Assembly (NCBI GenBank): GCA_963695545.1
Contig: OY968796.1
Span: 2,080,001 to 2,144,000 of the forward strand
Source of the DNA: Terriglobia bacterium
GTDB taxonomy: Bacteria > Acidobacteriota > Terriglobia > Acidiferrales > UBA7541
Direction: 5' to 3'
DNA: 64,000 nt
Of this stretch, positions 19,801 through 30,259 are shown piece after piece; position 1 is the stretch's first letter; the number at the start of each line of letters is the position of its first letter. The notes beneath the pieces were generated by a model, which was not told the DNA's origin, ran no database searches, and was given only the letters and a program-made list of their open reading frames with translations. A program made the translations under genes and the position numbers.

Positions 19801-20051
19801 CCTATTCGAATACTCTATAAATTATCGTTGACACTGTAGTACTCTTCGTGCTAACCTCCTCTATGTTCCGCGATCGCCCATCCTCGCTGCCGAATATTTT
19901 CCGCGATCAGGATATTTCCGCCCGCAACTCTTCCAGAATCAACACTTCTGAAAAATCGCATTTTAAACCTTTTAGAATCACCAGTTCTGGCGCAAAGGAC
20001 TTAAAGTCGAGCAGAATCAACACTTCCAAAAAACCCCCGGGGGGTAGGGGG
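19801..20051 (+). repeat. Dispersed ~250-bp element, copy A (palindrome + promoter + three 39-bp units)
   Basis: Core 19921-20051 matches the reverse complement of 52547-52677 with 3 mismatches by eye; AGAATCA at 19935, 19974 and 20013. Confidence 0.93.
19828..19857 (+). promoter_or_regulatory. Sigma70-type promoter in element copy A
   Basis: TTGACA-18 bp-TAACCT with extended TG; the same geometry occurs in copy B. Confidence 0.7.
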
Positions 20052-20114
20052 TATGCCGCCCGCCATGTATCGGTTTTTTCGATCGTAGCCCTGTCGAGAT
20101 TTCCCCGAGGAGGC

Positions 20115-20672
20115 CTAGGAATGCCTCTGACTGCGATGCGCGCGCCACTCATCCGCGGTAATTTCCCAAATTTCGCTCGGAAATCGCCCGCCCACATAAT
20201 CTTGTTCTTCCACGCCGACCAGGCGCATCCCCGTCTTCTCGGAAATTCTCCGCGACGCAACATTCCCCACCGCCTTCGGCACGCGCAGCACGGAAAATCC
20301 GAGCACATCGAACCAATAATCCGTCACCGCCTCCACTGCTTCGGTCATCAATCCCTTGCCTTGCCATTCCAATCCCATCCAGAAGCCGCGATTGTGTCCC
20401 TCTCTCTTCCTCAGCGAAATCAATCCGATGTGCAGCCGCGGATCGCTCTTCAGTCGCAGCGTCCAGTGCCACTCTTCGCCGCGCTCGATCGCCGGAAGTG
20501 TCACGTCGCGGTAGTGCGTGAAAGCGCCGTCCTCCGGATACGGCCACGGCGTGCGATCGTTCAGGAACCGCACGATCTTCCACTTTGGAAAAATCCGCTG
20601 CGTCTGCTCCGCGTCCGCAAGCTCCAGCGGCCGCAAGATCATCCGCGCAGTTTCAAGCGCAACCATTCGCAC
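20115..20672 (-). CDS. GNAT N-acetyltransferase, RimJ/RimL family
   Basis: LETARMILRP, GFWMG.EWQGKGLMTEA, NVASRRISEKTGM. Confidence 0.9.
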   Translation of the reverse strand: MRMVALETARMILRPLELADAEQTQRIFPKWKIVRFLNDRTPWPYPEDGAFTHYRDVTLPAIERGEEWHWTLRLKSDPRLHIGLISLRKREGHNRGFWMGLEWQGKGLMTEAVEAVTDYWFDVLGFSVLRVPKAVGNVASRRISEKTGMRLVGVEEQDYVGGRFPSEIWEITADEWRAHRSQRHS

Positions 20673-20819
20673 ATACTAGCAAACGCCCATCCCGGTTTCG
20701 TAGCGGAGGCCGGAGCTTGTCCCGACTCGGTCGGGAGGCCTCCACGCCTTGCGCCCGTCACACCGCCGCGGTTGACGCATCGAACGGTGAACCCTAGGAT
20801 GGAACTCTCGTCACGCCTT

Positions 20820-21860
20820 ATGAGCACTCCATCTGATAATCCGACTCTCGATTCCTTTGGCCGCCCGCTGCGTTCGCTGCGCGTCTCCGTCACCGATCGC
20901 TGCAATCTGCGCTGCCGCTACTGCATGCCGCTCGAGGACTATACCTGGTTGCCGAGCGAGCGCCTGCTGAGCGCCGAAGAAATCGCGCGCGTCGTCGGAG
21001 TCTTCACCGCCGCCGGCGCCACGCGCGTCCGCCTCACCGGCGGCGAGCCGCTGCTGCGGCGCGAATTGCCGGACATCGTGCGCCGCCTCGCCGCGAATCC
21101 CGCGATCGAGGATTTGGCGATCACCACCAACGGCGTCCTCCTCGCAGCGCAAGCGCAAACCCTGCGCGACGCCGGCCTCGGCCGCGTCACCGTCAGCCTC
21201 GACACATTGCGCCCCGACCGCTTTGCAATCATCACGCGGCGCGATGAACTCGATCGCGTCCTCGAAGGCATCGCCGCCGCCGGCCGCGCCGGATTCGCGC
21301 CGCTAAAACTCGATGCCGTAATCATGCGCGGCGTGAACGACGACGAATTGGCCGACCTCATCGAATTCGGCAAACGCGCGCGCGCCGAAGTCCGCTTCAT
21401 CGAGTACATGGACGTCGGAGGCGCCATCGAGTGGGCCCCGCAGCGCGTCGTCAGCCGCGCCGAAATGCTGGCCTCGCTCGCCGCGCGCTACGGCAAGGTC
21501 ACTCCGCTCGATGAAGGCGGCTCCGCTCCTGCCGAGCGATTTCGCTTGCCCGATGGCACGGTGTTCGGCGTGATCGCGTCGACCACCACGCCGTTCTGCC
21601 GCTCGTGCGATCGCAGCCGCCTCACTGCCGACGGCATGTGGTTTCTGTGTCTCTACGCCACGCAGGGCGTTGACTTGCGCGGTCCGCTGCGCAGCGGCGC
21701 CTCGCCCGCCGAACTCGCCGCGCAGATCGCGTCGGTTTGGCGCGCGCGCGCGGACCGCGGCGCCGAGCTGCGACTCGCGCAACGCGATCGCGGCGTTTTC
21801 GTCCCGCTCGAGCAATTGCGCCGCGATCCACACCTCGAAATGCACACGCGCGGCGGCTAA
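20820..21860 (+). CDS. moaA: GTP 3',8-cyclase (molybdenum cofactor biosynthesis)
   Basis: LRVSVTDRCNLRCRYC, LTGGEP, RFIEYMD, FCRSCDRSRLTADG, C-terminal GG; start at ATG 20820 rather than 19848. Confidence 0.95.
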   Translation: MSTPSDNPTLDSFGRPLRSLRVSVTDRCNLRCRYCMPLEDYTWLPSERLLSAEEIARVVGVFTAAGATRVRLTGGEPLLRRELPDIVRRLAANPAIEDLAITTNGVLLAAQAQTLRDAGLGRVTVSLDTLRPDRFAIITRRDELDRVLEGIAAAGRAGFAPLKLDAVIMRGVNDDELADLIEFGKRARAEVRFIEYMDVGGAIEWAPQRVVSRAEMLASLAARYGKVTPLDEGGSAPAERFRLPDGTVFGVIASTTTPFCRSCDRSRLTADGMWFLCLYATQGVDLRGPLRSGASPAELAAQIASVWRARADRGAELRLAQRDRGVFVPLEQLRRDPHLEMHTRGG

Positions 21861-22007
21861 TCACCTCGCCGCGCGGCGACTGAACGCCGCGCCCACGCGC
21901 GGAAGGAGGCCATTCGCAGTTTTCGGCACACGCTGGGAGAAAGCGCAAAGCTCGCCCGTAGCTTCCGCTAGAATCAAGCGGACTTTGTAGCCACGACGCC
22001 GACTCTC

Positions 22008-24701
22008 ATGCCTTTCCCCGACACCTCCGAACACCGCCGCCTGCACGCGCCCGATAAAGCGCCCGTGCCCGCCTGGGCCAAGTGGGGCGCTTACGTCAGC
22101 GACCGCGCCTGGGGCACTGTGCGCGAAGATTACAGCGCCGATGGCGACGCCTGGAATTTCTTGCCGCACGATTTGGCGCGCAGCAAAGCCTATCGGTGGG
22201 GCGAAGACGCCATCGGCGGTTTCACCGATCGCTATCAGATTCTCGTTTTTGGTTTGGCGCTGTGGAACGGCCGCGATCCAATCTTGAAGGAGCGTCTTTT
22301 CGGCCTGAACTCGAATGAAGGCAATCATGGCGAAGACGTCAAAGAATATTATTTCTATCAGGACGCCACGCCGACGCACAGCTACCTGCGGATGCTATAC
22401 AAATATCCGCAAGCGGAATTTCCATACGCTCGAATCGTCGAGGAAAATCGCCGCCGCGGCCCCGGCGATCTCGAATTCGAGCTCATGGACACAGGCGTTT
22501 TCGACGACGATCGCTACTTCGACGTCGTAATCGAATACGCCAAGTTTTCTCCGGAAGATATCGCGATTCGCATCGAGGCATTCAATCGCGGCCCGGATTC
22601 AGCCGTGCTGCACCTGCTGCCGCACTTGTGGTTCCGCAACACCTGGGCGTGGAGTGATCCTGTCGGCGCCGAACCTGTGATAGCGCCGGGAGCCGCGGCG
22701 AAAGATTCCGTGAGCCTGGTTGCCGACGACACCGCAGCCAGTCAACTCGCGGGCCTGCCGTTTGCGTACAGCTTGGGTCGTCGCATTCTGTACGCGCCCG
22801 CGGGGGGCGTGCTGCTCTTCACCGATAACGAGACGCACGCCGAGCGCGTCTTCGGCCCGGGGCACGCGAGCAGAAGACCGCATGTGAAGGACGCGTTTCA
22901 TCGCCATATCATTCACGGCGAGGCGTGCGTGAATCCGGAGCAGCGCGGCACGAAAGCGTGCGTGAAGTACCGCATGGAAATTCCGGCCGGCGGCTCGACA
23001 GTTCTGCGGCTGCGCTTGGCGCCGGAAGACATCGCGGCGAAAGGAAGTAACGCGCCGCTTGCCGGCGTCGATGCTATCGTCGCGGAGCGGAAAAAGGAAG
23101 CCGACGAATTCTATGCCGCGATTCTGCCGCCGCGCGCGACGCTGGAAGAACGCGGCATTGCGCGCGCGGCGTTGTCGGGCATGTTGTGGTCGAAGCAAAG
23201 TTATTTGTACGACGTGTCGACCTGGCTCGACGGCGACAATCGCAATTCGCCGCCGCCGGAATCGCGCCAGCGCATCCGCAACACACATTGGCGCCACTTG
23301 AACTCGATGCGCGTGATGCTGATGCCGGACAAGTGGGAATATCCGTGGTTCGCCGCGTGGGATTTGGCGTTTCACGCCGTGGCGCTGGCTCTGGTCGATC
23401 CCGTCGCGGCTAAAGAAAATCTGTGGCTGCTGCTCTTCGAGCAATTCCAGCATCCGAACGGGCAAATTCCGGCGTATGAGTGGGAATTCTCTGATCTGAA
23501 TCCGCCGGTGCAGGCGTGGGCGTGCTGGCGCGCTTACGAAATCGAGCGCAAGCGCAGCGGATCGGGTGACCGCGAATTTCTCGAGCGCTGCTTCCACAAG
23601 CTGCTCATCAATTTCGCGTGGTGGGTGAACAAAGTCGATAGCCAGGGCCTGAACGTTTTTGAAGGCGGCTTTCTCGGCCTCGACAACATCACCGTGGTGG
23701 ATCGCAGCGAAGCGCTCTCGGGCGGCGCGATCCTCGAGCAATCCGACGCGACGGGCTGGATGGGTTTCTTCTGCCTGGCGATGATGCGCATGGCGCTCGA
23801 ACTTGCGCGCGGCAATCCGACGTACGAAGGACTGGCGACGAAATTCTTCGAGCACTTCATCTACATCGGCGCGGCGATGAAGCACATGGGCGGCCGCTCG
23901 TATCAACTTTGGGACGAGTCGGCCGGATTTTTTTACGATGTGATGCGCTATCCGAATGGCGACTTCCACCATTTTCGCGTGCGCTCGCTGGTGGGCTTGA
24001 TTCCGCTGTATGCCGTCGAAGTGCTGCGCGAAGACGAACTGGCGCAGCATCCGCAGTTTCTCGCGAATGTGGAATGGTTTCTGCGCAACCGTCCGGATCT
24101 CGTCGGCAGCGCGTGTTACACCGAGCGGCGCGACGGCGTGGCCTGCCACGTTCTTTCGATCGTGGACCGGTGGCAATTGCGGCGCATTCTCGAGCGCGTG
24201 TTCGATCCGGATGAATTTCTTTCGCCGCACGGTTTGCGCAGCTTATCGAAATATCACGAGCAACATCCATTTCATTTCGCCGGGCGCGAATTGCGCTACG
24301 AGCCGGCTGAAGCGGAAGTAAAGTTAAAAGGCGGGAATTCCAATTGGCGCGGGCCGGTGTGGTTTCCCACGTCGTTTCTGTTGATTGAATCGCTTTGCAA
24401 ATTTAGCGAGGCGTTCGGCCCTGAATTCACGGTGGCGGCAGGGAGCCAAGGGCGCGCGCTGACGCCGCGCGAGATGGCGCGGGAACTTTCCGAGCGCATG
24501 ATTGGTCTATTTCGCCGCGGCGCCGACGGGCGCCGGCCGGTGTACGGCGGATCGCGAAAATTTCAGCAGGATCCGCACTGGCGCGATCTGCATTTGTTCT
24601 ACGAATATTTCCATGGCGATAACGGCGCGGGATTGGGTGCGAGCCATCAGACAGGATGGACGGCCCTGGTCGCGAATTTGATCGACGATTGGCGCAAGTA
24701 A
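22008..24701 (+). CDS. GH63/MGH1-like glycoside hydrolase
   Basis: [65 protein letters not shown]. Confidence 0.9.
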   Translation: MPFPDTSEHRRLHAPDKAPVPAWAKWGAYVSDRAWGTVREDYSADGDAWNFLPHDLARSKAYRWGEDAIGGFTDRYQILVFGLALWNGRDPILKERLFGLNSNEGNHGEDVKEYYFYQDATPTHSYLRMLYKYPQAEFPYARIVEENRRRGPGDLEFELMDTGVFDDDRYFDVVIEYAKFSPEDIAIRIEAFNRGPDSAVLHLLPHLWFRNTWAWSDPVGAEPVIAPGAAAKDSVSLVADDTAASQLAGLPFAYSLGRRILYAPAGGVLLFTDNETHAERVFGPGHASRRPHVKDAFHRHIIHGEACVNPEQRGTKACVKYRMEIPAGGSTVLRLRLAPEDIAAKGSNAPLAGVDAIVAERKKEADEFYAAILPPRATLEERGIARAALSGMLWSKQSYLYDVSTWLDGDNRNSPPPESRQRIRNTHWRHLNSMRVMLMPDKWEYPWFAAWDLAFHAVALALVDPVAAKENLWLLLFEQFQHPNGQIPAYEWEFSDLNPPVQAWACWRAYEIERKRSGSGDREFLERCFHKLLINFAWWVNKVDSQGLNVFEGGFLGLDNITVVDRSEALSGGAILEQSDATGWMGFFCLAMMRMALELARGNPTYEGLATKFFEHFIYIGAAMKHMGGRSYQLWDESAGFFYDVMRYPNGDFHHFRVRSLVGLIPLYAVEVLREDELAQHPQFLANVEWFLRNRPDLVGSACYTERRDGVACHVLSIVDRWQLRRILERVFDPDEFLSPHGLRSLSKYHEQHPFHFAGRELRYEPAEAEVKLKGGNSNWRGPVWFPTSFLLIESLCKFSEAFGPEFTVAAGSQGRALTPREMARELSERMIGLFRRGADGRRPVYGGSRKFQQDPHWRDLHLFYEYFHGDNGAGLGASHQTGWTALVANLIDDWRK

Positions 24702-24759
24702 CGGCGCGCGCCCGAGCGAGAGCACGAAAGAAATAGACGGCGAAGCACGGAGGCCGGCG

Positions 24760-26175
24760 GTGGGAACAGCGGCGGAGCAATTCGATTTGATTGTGATTGG
24801 TTCGGGTCCCGCGGGAGAAAAGGCCGCTGCCCAGGCTGCCTATTTCGGCAAACGAGTGGCTTTGGTCGAGCGCGGCGCGCTGGGCGGAGCGGGAATCAAT
24901 ACCGGCACGGTGCCGAGCAAGACGCTGCGCGAGTCGGCGCTCTATTTTTCGGGTTTGCGGCAGCGCGGCCTCTACGGCATCGATTATTCGTTGCGCGAAG
25001 GGCTGACGGTCGAAGGCTTTATGCATCGCAAGGACGCGGTGGTCGCCTGGGAGCGCGAGAAGATCGCGCTAAATCTCGAAGCTCATAAGGTCACGCTGAT
25101 TCGCGGAGAAGCCAGCTTTGAGGATGCGCGCACGATCTCCGCGCACGCCGAAGGCACGGAGCCGCGCATGCTGACCGCCGAGGTGATCCTGATCGCCACG
25201 GGCTCGCGCCCGCACCGCGCGCCGGAAATTCCGTACGACGACCAATTCGTTTTCGATTCCGATTCGATTCTGAAAATGGATCGCATCCCGAAGAGCATGG
25301 TGGTCGTCGGGGGTGGGGTGATTGGATGCGAGTACGCTTCGATCTTCACCGCGCTGAGCGTGCAGGTTGTTCTGGTGGATGGGCGAGACCGGCTGCTGCC
25401 GTTTCTCGATTCGGAAATTTCCGAGCGTCTGGCTGAGCGGCTCGCGGGACTCGGCTTGGAATTTATCGCGAACGAGCGCATGGCGTCGCTCGAACGCACA
25501 GCGGCGGGCGTGCGTATGACACTGAAATCGGGCAAGGTGATCGAGCGCGAAACCGCTCTATTCGCCGCGGGGCGCCGAGGCGCGGTAGAAGGTTTGCATC
25601 TCGAACGCGCGGGCTTGGAGCTGAACGCGCGCGGCACACTCGACGTCGACGCGAGCTACCAGACCGCCGTGCCGCACATTTACGCCGCGGGCGATGTGAT
25701 CGGTTTTCCGGCACTGGCCTCGACTTCGATGGAGCAGGGACGCTTGGCGATCTGCCACGCATTCAATTTCCCTTACAAGAAGCGCCTCGCGTCTACGCTG
25801 CCCATGGGAATTTACACCATCCCGGAAATTTCAGCGGTAGGCGAGAGCGAGGAAAGCTGCCGCGAAAAGGGAATTCCATGCAGCGTGGGGCGCGCGCGCT
25901 ATTCCAACAACGCGCGCGGGCAAATCACGGGCGATTCAACCGGCTTGCTGAAGCTCGTCTTTCGCCGCGACAACAAACAATTAGTCGGCGTGCACATCAT
26001 CGGCGAAAGCGCCACCGAGCTGATTCACCTGGGCTCGGCCGTGCTCGAATCCGGCGGCACAATCGATTTCTTCATTGATCTGGTTTTCAACTATCCGACG
26101 CTGTCCGAGATGTATAAGTACGCCGCGTACGACGGCCTCGGAAATCTTGCGGGGCACAAATTGCGCGAGGGTTAG
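24760..26175 (+). CDS. sthA: Soluble pyridine nucleotide transhydrogenase
   Basis: GSGPAG, GTVPSKTLRE, GGGVIGCEYA, GDVIGFPALASTSMEQGR, IYTIPEIS, FNYPTLSEMYK. Confidence 0.88.
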   Translation: MGTAAEQFDLIVIGSGPAGEKAAAQAAYFGKRVALVERGALGGAGINTGTVPSKTLRESALYFSGLRQRGLYGIDYSLREGLTVEGFMHRKDAVVAWEREKIALNLEAHKVTLIRGEASFEDARTISAHAEGTEPRMLTAEVILIATGSRPHRAPEIPYDDQFVFDSDSILKMDRIPKSMVVVGGGVIGCEYASIFTALSVQVVLVDGRDRLLPFLDSEISERLAERLAGLGLEFIANERMASLERTAAGVRMTLKSGKVIERETALFAAGRRGAVEGLHLERAGLELNARGTLDVDASYQTAVPHIYAAGDVIGFPALASTSMEQGRLAICHAFNFPYKKRLASTLPMGIYTIPEISAVGESEESCREKGIPCSVGRARYSNNARGQITGDSTGLLKLVFRRDNKQLVGVHIIGESATELIHLGSAVLESGGTIDFFIDLVFNYPTLSEMYKYAAYDGLGNLAGHKLREG

Positions 26176-26193
26176 CTGGGCGCGCGACGGCTT

Positions 26194-27756
26194 CTAGAGC
26201 GTCGGGTTGCGCGGAAATAGTTGATAGGGCAGCGTGACGCCGTCGATTGAAATTTGGTCGGCGCGAATCGCGGCGGGCGCTTCGTAGCCTGCGCCGCCGC
26301 CCGCGGCGACGTAGTCGTCCTGATCCACGCCATCGCCGCTAACGCCCAGCCCGCCGACGAGCACGCCATTCAGATAAAGCGGCACGGAGCCGGGGAAAAA
26401 AACCACGCCGCTTTGGTGCGGACCAGGCGCTTGAAAACCTTGCGTGCATGGATGCGCCGTGTCCTGCTGAAATAAATTGAAGAATGGCCCGGGGTTCGTG
26501 CCGTCGATGCCGGGCGGAAACAGCGGCTGTGCGCCGTAGCCGATGGTTCGACTGGTGACGGCGGTGCCGATCGGCACGCCTTCGAGATCCGCGGCGGTAC
26601 GCGTGGCGCTGTTGAAATAAACCATGTTGCGCGCTTTGGTCGCGGCGACATCGATGCTGAAGACGGTGGAATCGGGCATGCGGTAGAGACCGATGATCGT
26701 GCCGTCGAGATCGGCGACTGCGATGACCATTTCGGCTGCCGAATTTTCAGGGATACGAAGTACGGCGCGCGTGGTGTTGGCGGTCGCGACGGCGTTCATG
26801 ATGATTTGATTTACTTCCGACGCGGAGAGCCCGCCGAGCGGTCCGGCATTCGGCCCAACGAGATAATTCTCGGGCGGTTGCGCGGGGCTGGCGGTGGGGC
26901 CGACGAAGAACGCGCCGTCGGCGGCTCCGGTGGTTGTGCCCGCTGGCTGCGTGGTTTGGTCCACGAACGGCACGGTGATGCCGCCGATCACGACGGCGCC
27001 GGGCGGGGCCGGAGTCGGACCGAAGCCGTTCGACGTGGCCGCGGTGTAGGCGGCGAATTCGGCGACGTCGGTTGAAACGCCCGCCACGCCGATCCCGCCG
27101 ACCACGACTCCGCTTTCAAAAATCGGCACGCCGCCGGGATCGACCACCGTCGGATCGCTGTCGTAGAGATCGGCTTTGCCGGTGGCGATGCCCAGACTTG
27201 GGGAGACGCCGTCAAGCGCAGTCGGCGGCGCAATGGATTGTCCCGGCAGGAAATTCGACGAAAGCGCGCAGCCGCGATTGCTGTTTTCAATGGCGTAGAG
27301 CGGGGCGTTCGACGCTCCGGCGACGCCGGGCGGGAAATGAACGCCGCTCAAAAAACGCACGCTGCGCGAGGAAATGGGCGCCTGATCGTTGCTGAAAAAT
27401 GCGGCGGTGCGAGCGAGAGAAACCGCAAGTTCGTTTGTGTCGACCGCGGCGCCAAAATTGCCGGGCGTGGTCGCGGGCGCGGAGGGTTTTCTATAAACCG
27501 CGAGGACGCGGCCCGCGCGATCGGAAACTGCGATGACCATCGTTTCGACGTTCGCGGCTTGCGCCGCGGCCACCACGAGCGATTGAACCTGGCTGGCCGT
27601 AAGATTCGGCGATGACGCGGGAGGAGGAACCTGCGTGACGGATGGAGCGCCGGTCGCTCCGCCGCACGCTGAAAGTGCGAGCGCCGCGGCGAGCGTTAGC
27701 GCAAACGCCAGCGGGGCGCGCTGTGGACGACGGCTGCCGTGCGAAGTCTGGTTCAC
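26194..27756 (-). CDS. Lipoprotein with tandem GlcG/HbpS-like heme-binding domains
   Basis: Lipobox LSAC; two repeats IAVSDRAG..ARTA..GGVPIF..VVGGIGVAG and IAVADLDG..KAR..GSVPLY..LVGGLGVSGDGVDQDD. Start is approximate. Confidence 0.82.
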   Translation of the reverse strand: MNQTSHGSRRPQRAPLAFALTLAAALALSACGGATGAPSVTQVPPPASSPNLTASQVQSLVVAAAQAANVETMVIAVSDRAGRVLAVYRKPSAPATTPGNFGAAVDTNELAVSLARTAAFFSNDQAPISSRSVRFLSGVHFPPGVAGASNAPLYAIENSNRGCALSSNFLPGQSIAPPTALDGVSPSLGIATGKADLYDSDPTVVDPGGVPIFESGVVVGGIGVAGVSTDVAEFAAYTAATSNGFGPTPAPPGAVVIGGITVPFVDQTTQPAGTTTGAADGAFFVGPTASPAQPPENYLVGPNAGPLGGLSASEVNQIIMNAVATANTTRAVLRIPENSAAEMVIAVADLDGTIIGLYRMPDSTVFSIDVAATKARNMVYFNSATRTAADLEGVPIGTAVTSRTIGYGAQPLFPPGIDGTNPGPFFNLFQQDTAHPCTQGFQAPGPHQSGVVFFPGSVPLYLNGVLVGGLGVSGDGVDQDDYVAAGGGAGYEAPAAIRADQISIDGVTLPYQLFPRNPTL

Positions 27757-27945
27757 TGTTGTCTTGTGTACGTAACACATCGCTTGCGGGGGCTCAAGGA
27801 GCGCGGTGATAGCGAGCGCGAAAGAATGAATTGCGGCCGGTGGCACCCACCGTGTCGATTTTCGTTTCAACCGGCGGCTGGTCGAGGCAAAATCCCTGCT
27901 GTCGAAGCGGCGCCGATTTCTGAGCCGGCGTCCGAGGCGAGGCGG

Positions 27946-30240
27946 ATGCGCCGAGCATCCCTGCGAATCAAAATCGATTTGCTTTTGGCTGCGCTGGCGT
28001 TGCTCGTGGCGGCGACTGCCGCGACTGCCGCCACTGCGGCCACGCCGCGGCGCGCGAGGCATTCGCGCGGCGCGCGACATACGCATCACGCACAGCAGGC
28101 TGGCGCGCATCACGCGCAACACCCCGCGCCGCGCAAACGGCCGCGAGTTGAATCTCACCCACGACCGAAAACGAATTTCCGCGCTCTTCCGCAGCAGCAA
28201 ACTTCTACTGCCGAATTCCAAGGACAACGATTGCCGCGACAGACGGCGCCGCGTACGGCGGCGATTGAAGGCGAAGTGCGCGACGCGAGCGGGCGCGCGG
28301 TGGTTGGCGCAACGGTGCGCTTCGATTCCACGGAAGTGAACACGAGCGCGGACGGCGTTTTTCGCATACGCGATCTTGCGCCTGGAAATTATTCGCTCAC
28401 GATTGAGAGTCCGGGATACGCGGCGGAAGTGCGCTCTGATGTGTCGCTCGCGGCGGGCGATGTTTTCATTGTCGAGTTGACGCTCGCGCCGTCGGAGATG
28501 GCGAGTGCTCCGCGATCGCGATTGCCGCGGCAGCCGGAGCTTGGTCCTCCGACGCCGGCGATTGCAGTGGCGATGCTGGGTTCCTACCACGTGTTGCCGC
28601 GACGACCAGACGCCGATCCGAATTGGAGTGAGCCGCAACCTGAGTCGCTGCCGCCGGCGCAGGAAGTTTTCGCCGCGGCGGCGGACCGTTGGGACATTCC
28701 GATGCCGAATGCGCGGCGCTACGGTGACGGCGGCGAATATCCTTACGTCAAATCGCACTGGTACGATCCATTCGATCGCAACAAATTGAAGGGCGATCAG
28801 CCGATCATCGGCCAGCAAACGTTTTTGAACTTGACGGCGAAAAGCGAGACGGATGCCGACGGCCGATGTTTGCCGACGCCCACAAACGTGAGCCCGGCGC
28901 GGCCGGGCAGCAGCGAATTTTTCGGGCAGTGCGATCAGTTCGGGTTGAGCCAGACATTTTTCTTCACGGCGGATTTGTTTCACGGCGATACATCGTTTCG
29001 CCCGGTGGACTGGCGGATTCGCGTGACGCCAGCGGTTAACGTGAATTATTTGAAGGTCGAAGAGCTGGGCGTGGTGAACGTCGATCCGCGCGACGGCACT
29101 ACGCGCTTGGACGCACATTTTGGATTGCAGGAAGCGTTCGTCGAGGTGAAGCTGCACGATCTCGATTCCGATTACGATTTTGTTTCAGTGCGCGCCGGGA
29201 TCCAGCATTTTCAGAACGATTTTCTGGGATTTATTTTCGCGGACGATCAGCCCGGCGTGCGCTTTTTTGGCGATTTGCATTCGGATCGTTGGGAATACAA
29301 CGCGGCGTACTTCGATCTGCTGGAAAAGGATACGAACAGCGATCTGAATACGTTCAATGCGCGGCATCAGCAAGTGATCGTGGCCAATTTATACATGCAG
29401 GATTTCGGGCGGCCTGGTTACACCACGGAATTCAGCGTTCTCTACAATAAAGACGACGGCAATCTGCATTACGACGACAACGGATTTCTGGTGCGGCCGG
29501 CGGACATTGGCTCCGAGCGGCTGCACAATGTGCGCGCCGCGTATTTGGGCTGGACGGGCAGCGGGCACTTTGGGCGATGGAACGTGAGCCATGCGTTTTA
29601 TCAGGCGCTGGGCGAGGACGATTTCAATCCGATTGCCGGGCGGCCGGTGACCATCGACGCGCAGATGGCGGCGCTGGAGATTTCGTGGGATCGCGATTGG
29701 ATGAGAATTCGCGCGTCGGCGTTTTACGCGTCGGGCGACGCGAATCCGCGCGATGGGCGCGCGACCGGTTTCGATGCGATCGTCGATCAGCCGGATTTCG
29801 CGGGCGGCGATTTCAGTTTCTGGAATCGCGAAGGCATTCCGCTTACCGGCGCAAACGTTTTCCTGACCACGCCGGGCAGTTTGCTTCCGGATTTGCGCTC
29901 GAGCAAATTCGAGGGGCAGGCGAATTTCGTGAATCCGGGAATTTTTCTGGCGAATGGCGGCGCGGATTTCAATTTGACGACCAAACTGAAGGGTGTGGTG
30001 AATGTGAATTTTCTGCGATTTGAGGATACCTCGCCGCTTGAATTCGTGCTATTTCAAACGCCCATTCGCAATACGATCGGCGAGGATTACAGTCTGGGAG
30101 TTGTCTATCGGCCGCCGCTGACGGAAAACATTGTGGTCACGGGCGGCGCCGCGGCGCTCGATCCGGGCGCGGGGTTTCGCGATATTTACACGGGCCACTC
30201 GCTTTTTTCTCTCTTTGGCAATGTTCGCGTTCAATTCTAA
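27946..30240 (+). CDS. Outer-membrane beta-barrel protein with carboxypeptidase-regulatory-like N-domain
   Basis: Signal peptide, [28 protein letters not shown], alternating beta-strands, C-terminal VRVQF. Confidence 0.8.
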   Translation: MRRASLRIKIDLLLAALALLVAATAATAATAATPRRARHSRGARHTHHAQQAGAHHAQHPAPRKRPRVESHPRPKTNFRALPQQQTSTAEFQGQRLPRQTAPRTAAIEGEVRDASGRAVVGATVRFDSTEVNTSADGVFRIRDLAPGNYSLTIESPGYAAEVRSDVSLAAGDVFIVELTLAPSEMASAPRSRLPRQPELGPPTPAIAVAMLGSYHVLPRRPDADPNWSEPQPESLPPAQEVFAAAADRWDIPMPNARRYGDGGEYPYVKSHWYDPFDRNKLKGDQPIIGQQTFLNLTAKSETDADGRCLPTPTNVSPARPGSSEFFGQCDQFGLSQTFFFTADLFHGDTSFRPVDWRIRVTPAVNVNYLKVEELGVVNVDPRDGTTRLDAHFGLQEAFVEVKLHDLDSDYDFVSVRAGIQHFQNDFLGFIFADDQPGVRFFGDLHSDRWEYNAAYFDLLEKDTNSDLNTFNARHQQVIVANLYMQDFGRPGYTTEFSVLYNKDDGNLHYDDNGFLVRPADIGSERLHNVRAAYLGWTGSGHFGRWNVSHAFYQALGEDDFNPIAGRPVTIDAQMAALEISWDRDWMRIRASAFYASGDANPRDGRATGFDAIVDQPDFAGGDFSFWNREGIPLTGANVFLTTPGSLLPDLRSSKFEGQANFVNPGIFLANGGADFNLTTKLKGVVNVNFLRFEDTSPLEFVLFQTPIRNTIGEDYSLGVVYRPPLTENIVVTGGAAALDPGAGFRDIYTGHSLFSLFGNVRVQF

Positions 30241-30259
30241 TTCGGGGCGGCGCCGCGGC

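Noticed and set aside
19921..20030. 39-bp periodic units as a CRISPR array
   Set aside because: Only three degenerate units, the intervening sequences are too short and nearly identical between the two copies, and there are no cas genes.
19848..20819. 670-aa MoaA with a long N-terminal extension
   Set aside because: The extension is the repeat element plus the antisense strand of a clear GNAT gene; MoaA motifs begin after ATG 20820.
27757..29157. 987-aa version of the GlcG-like ORF
   Set aside because: The N-terminal part is antisense to the barrel gene; the lipobox marks the real start region.
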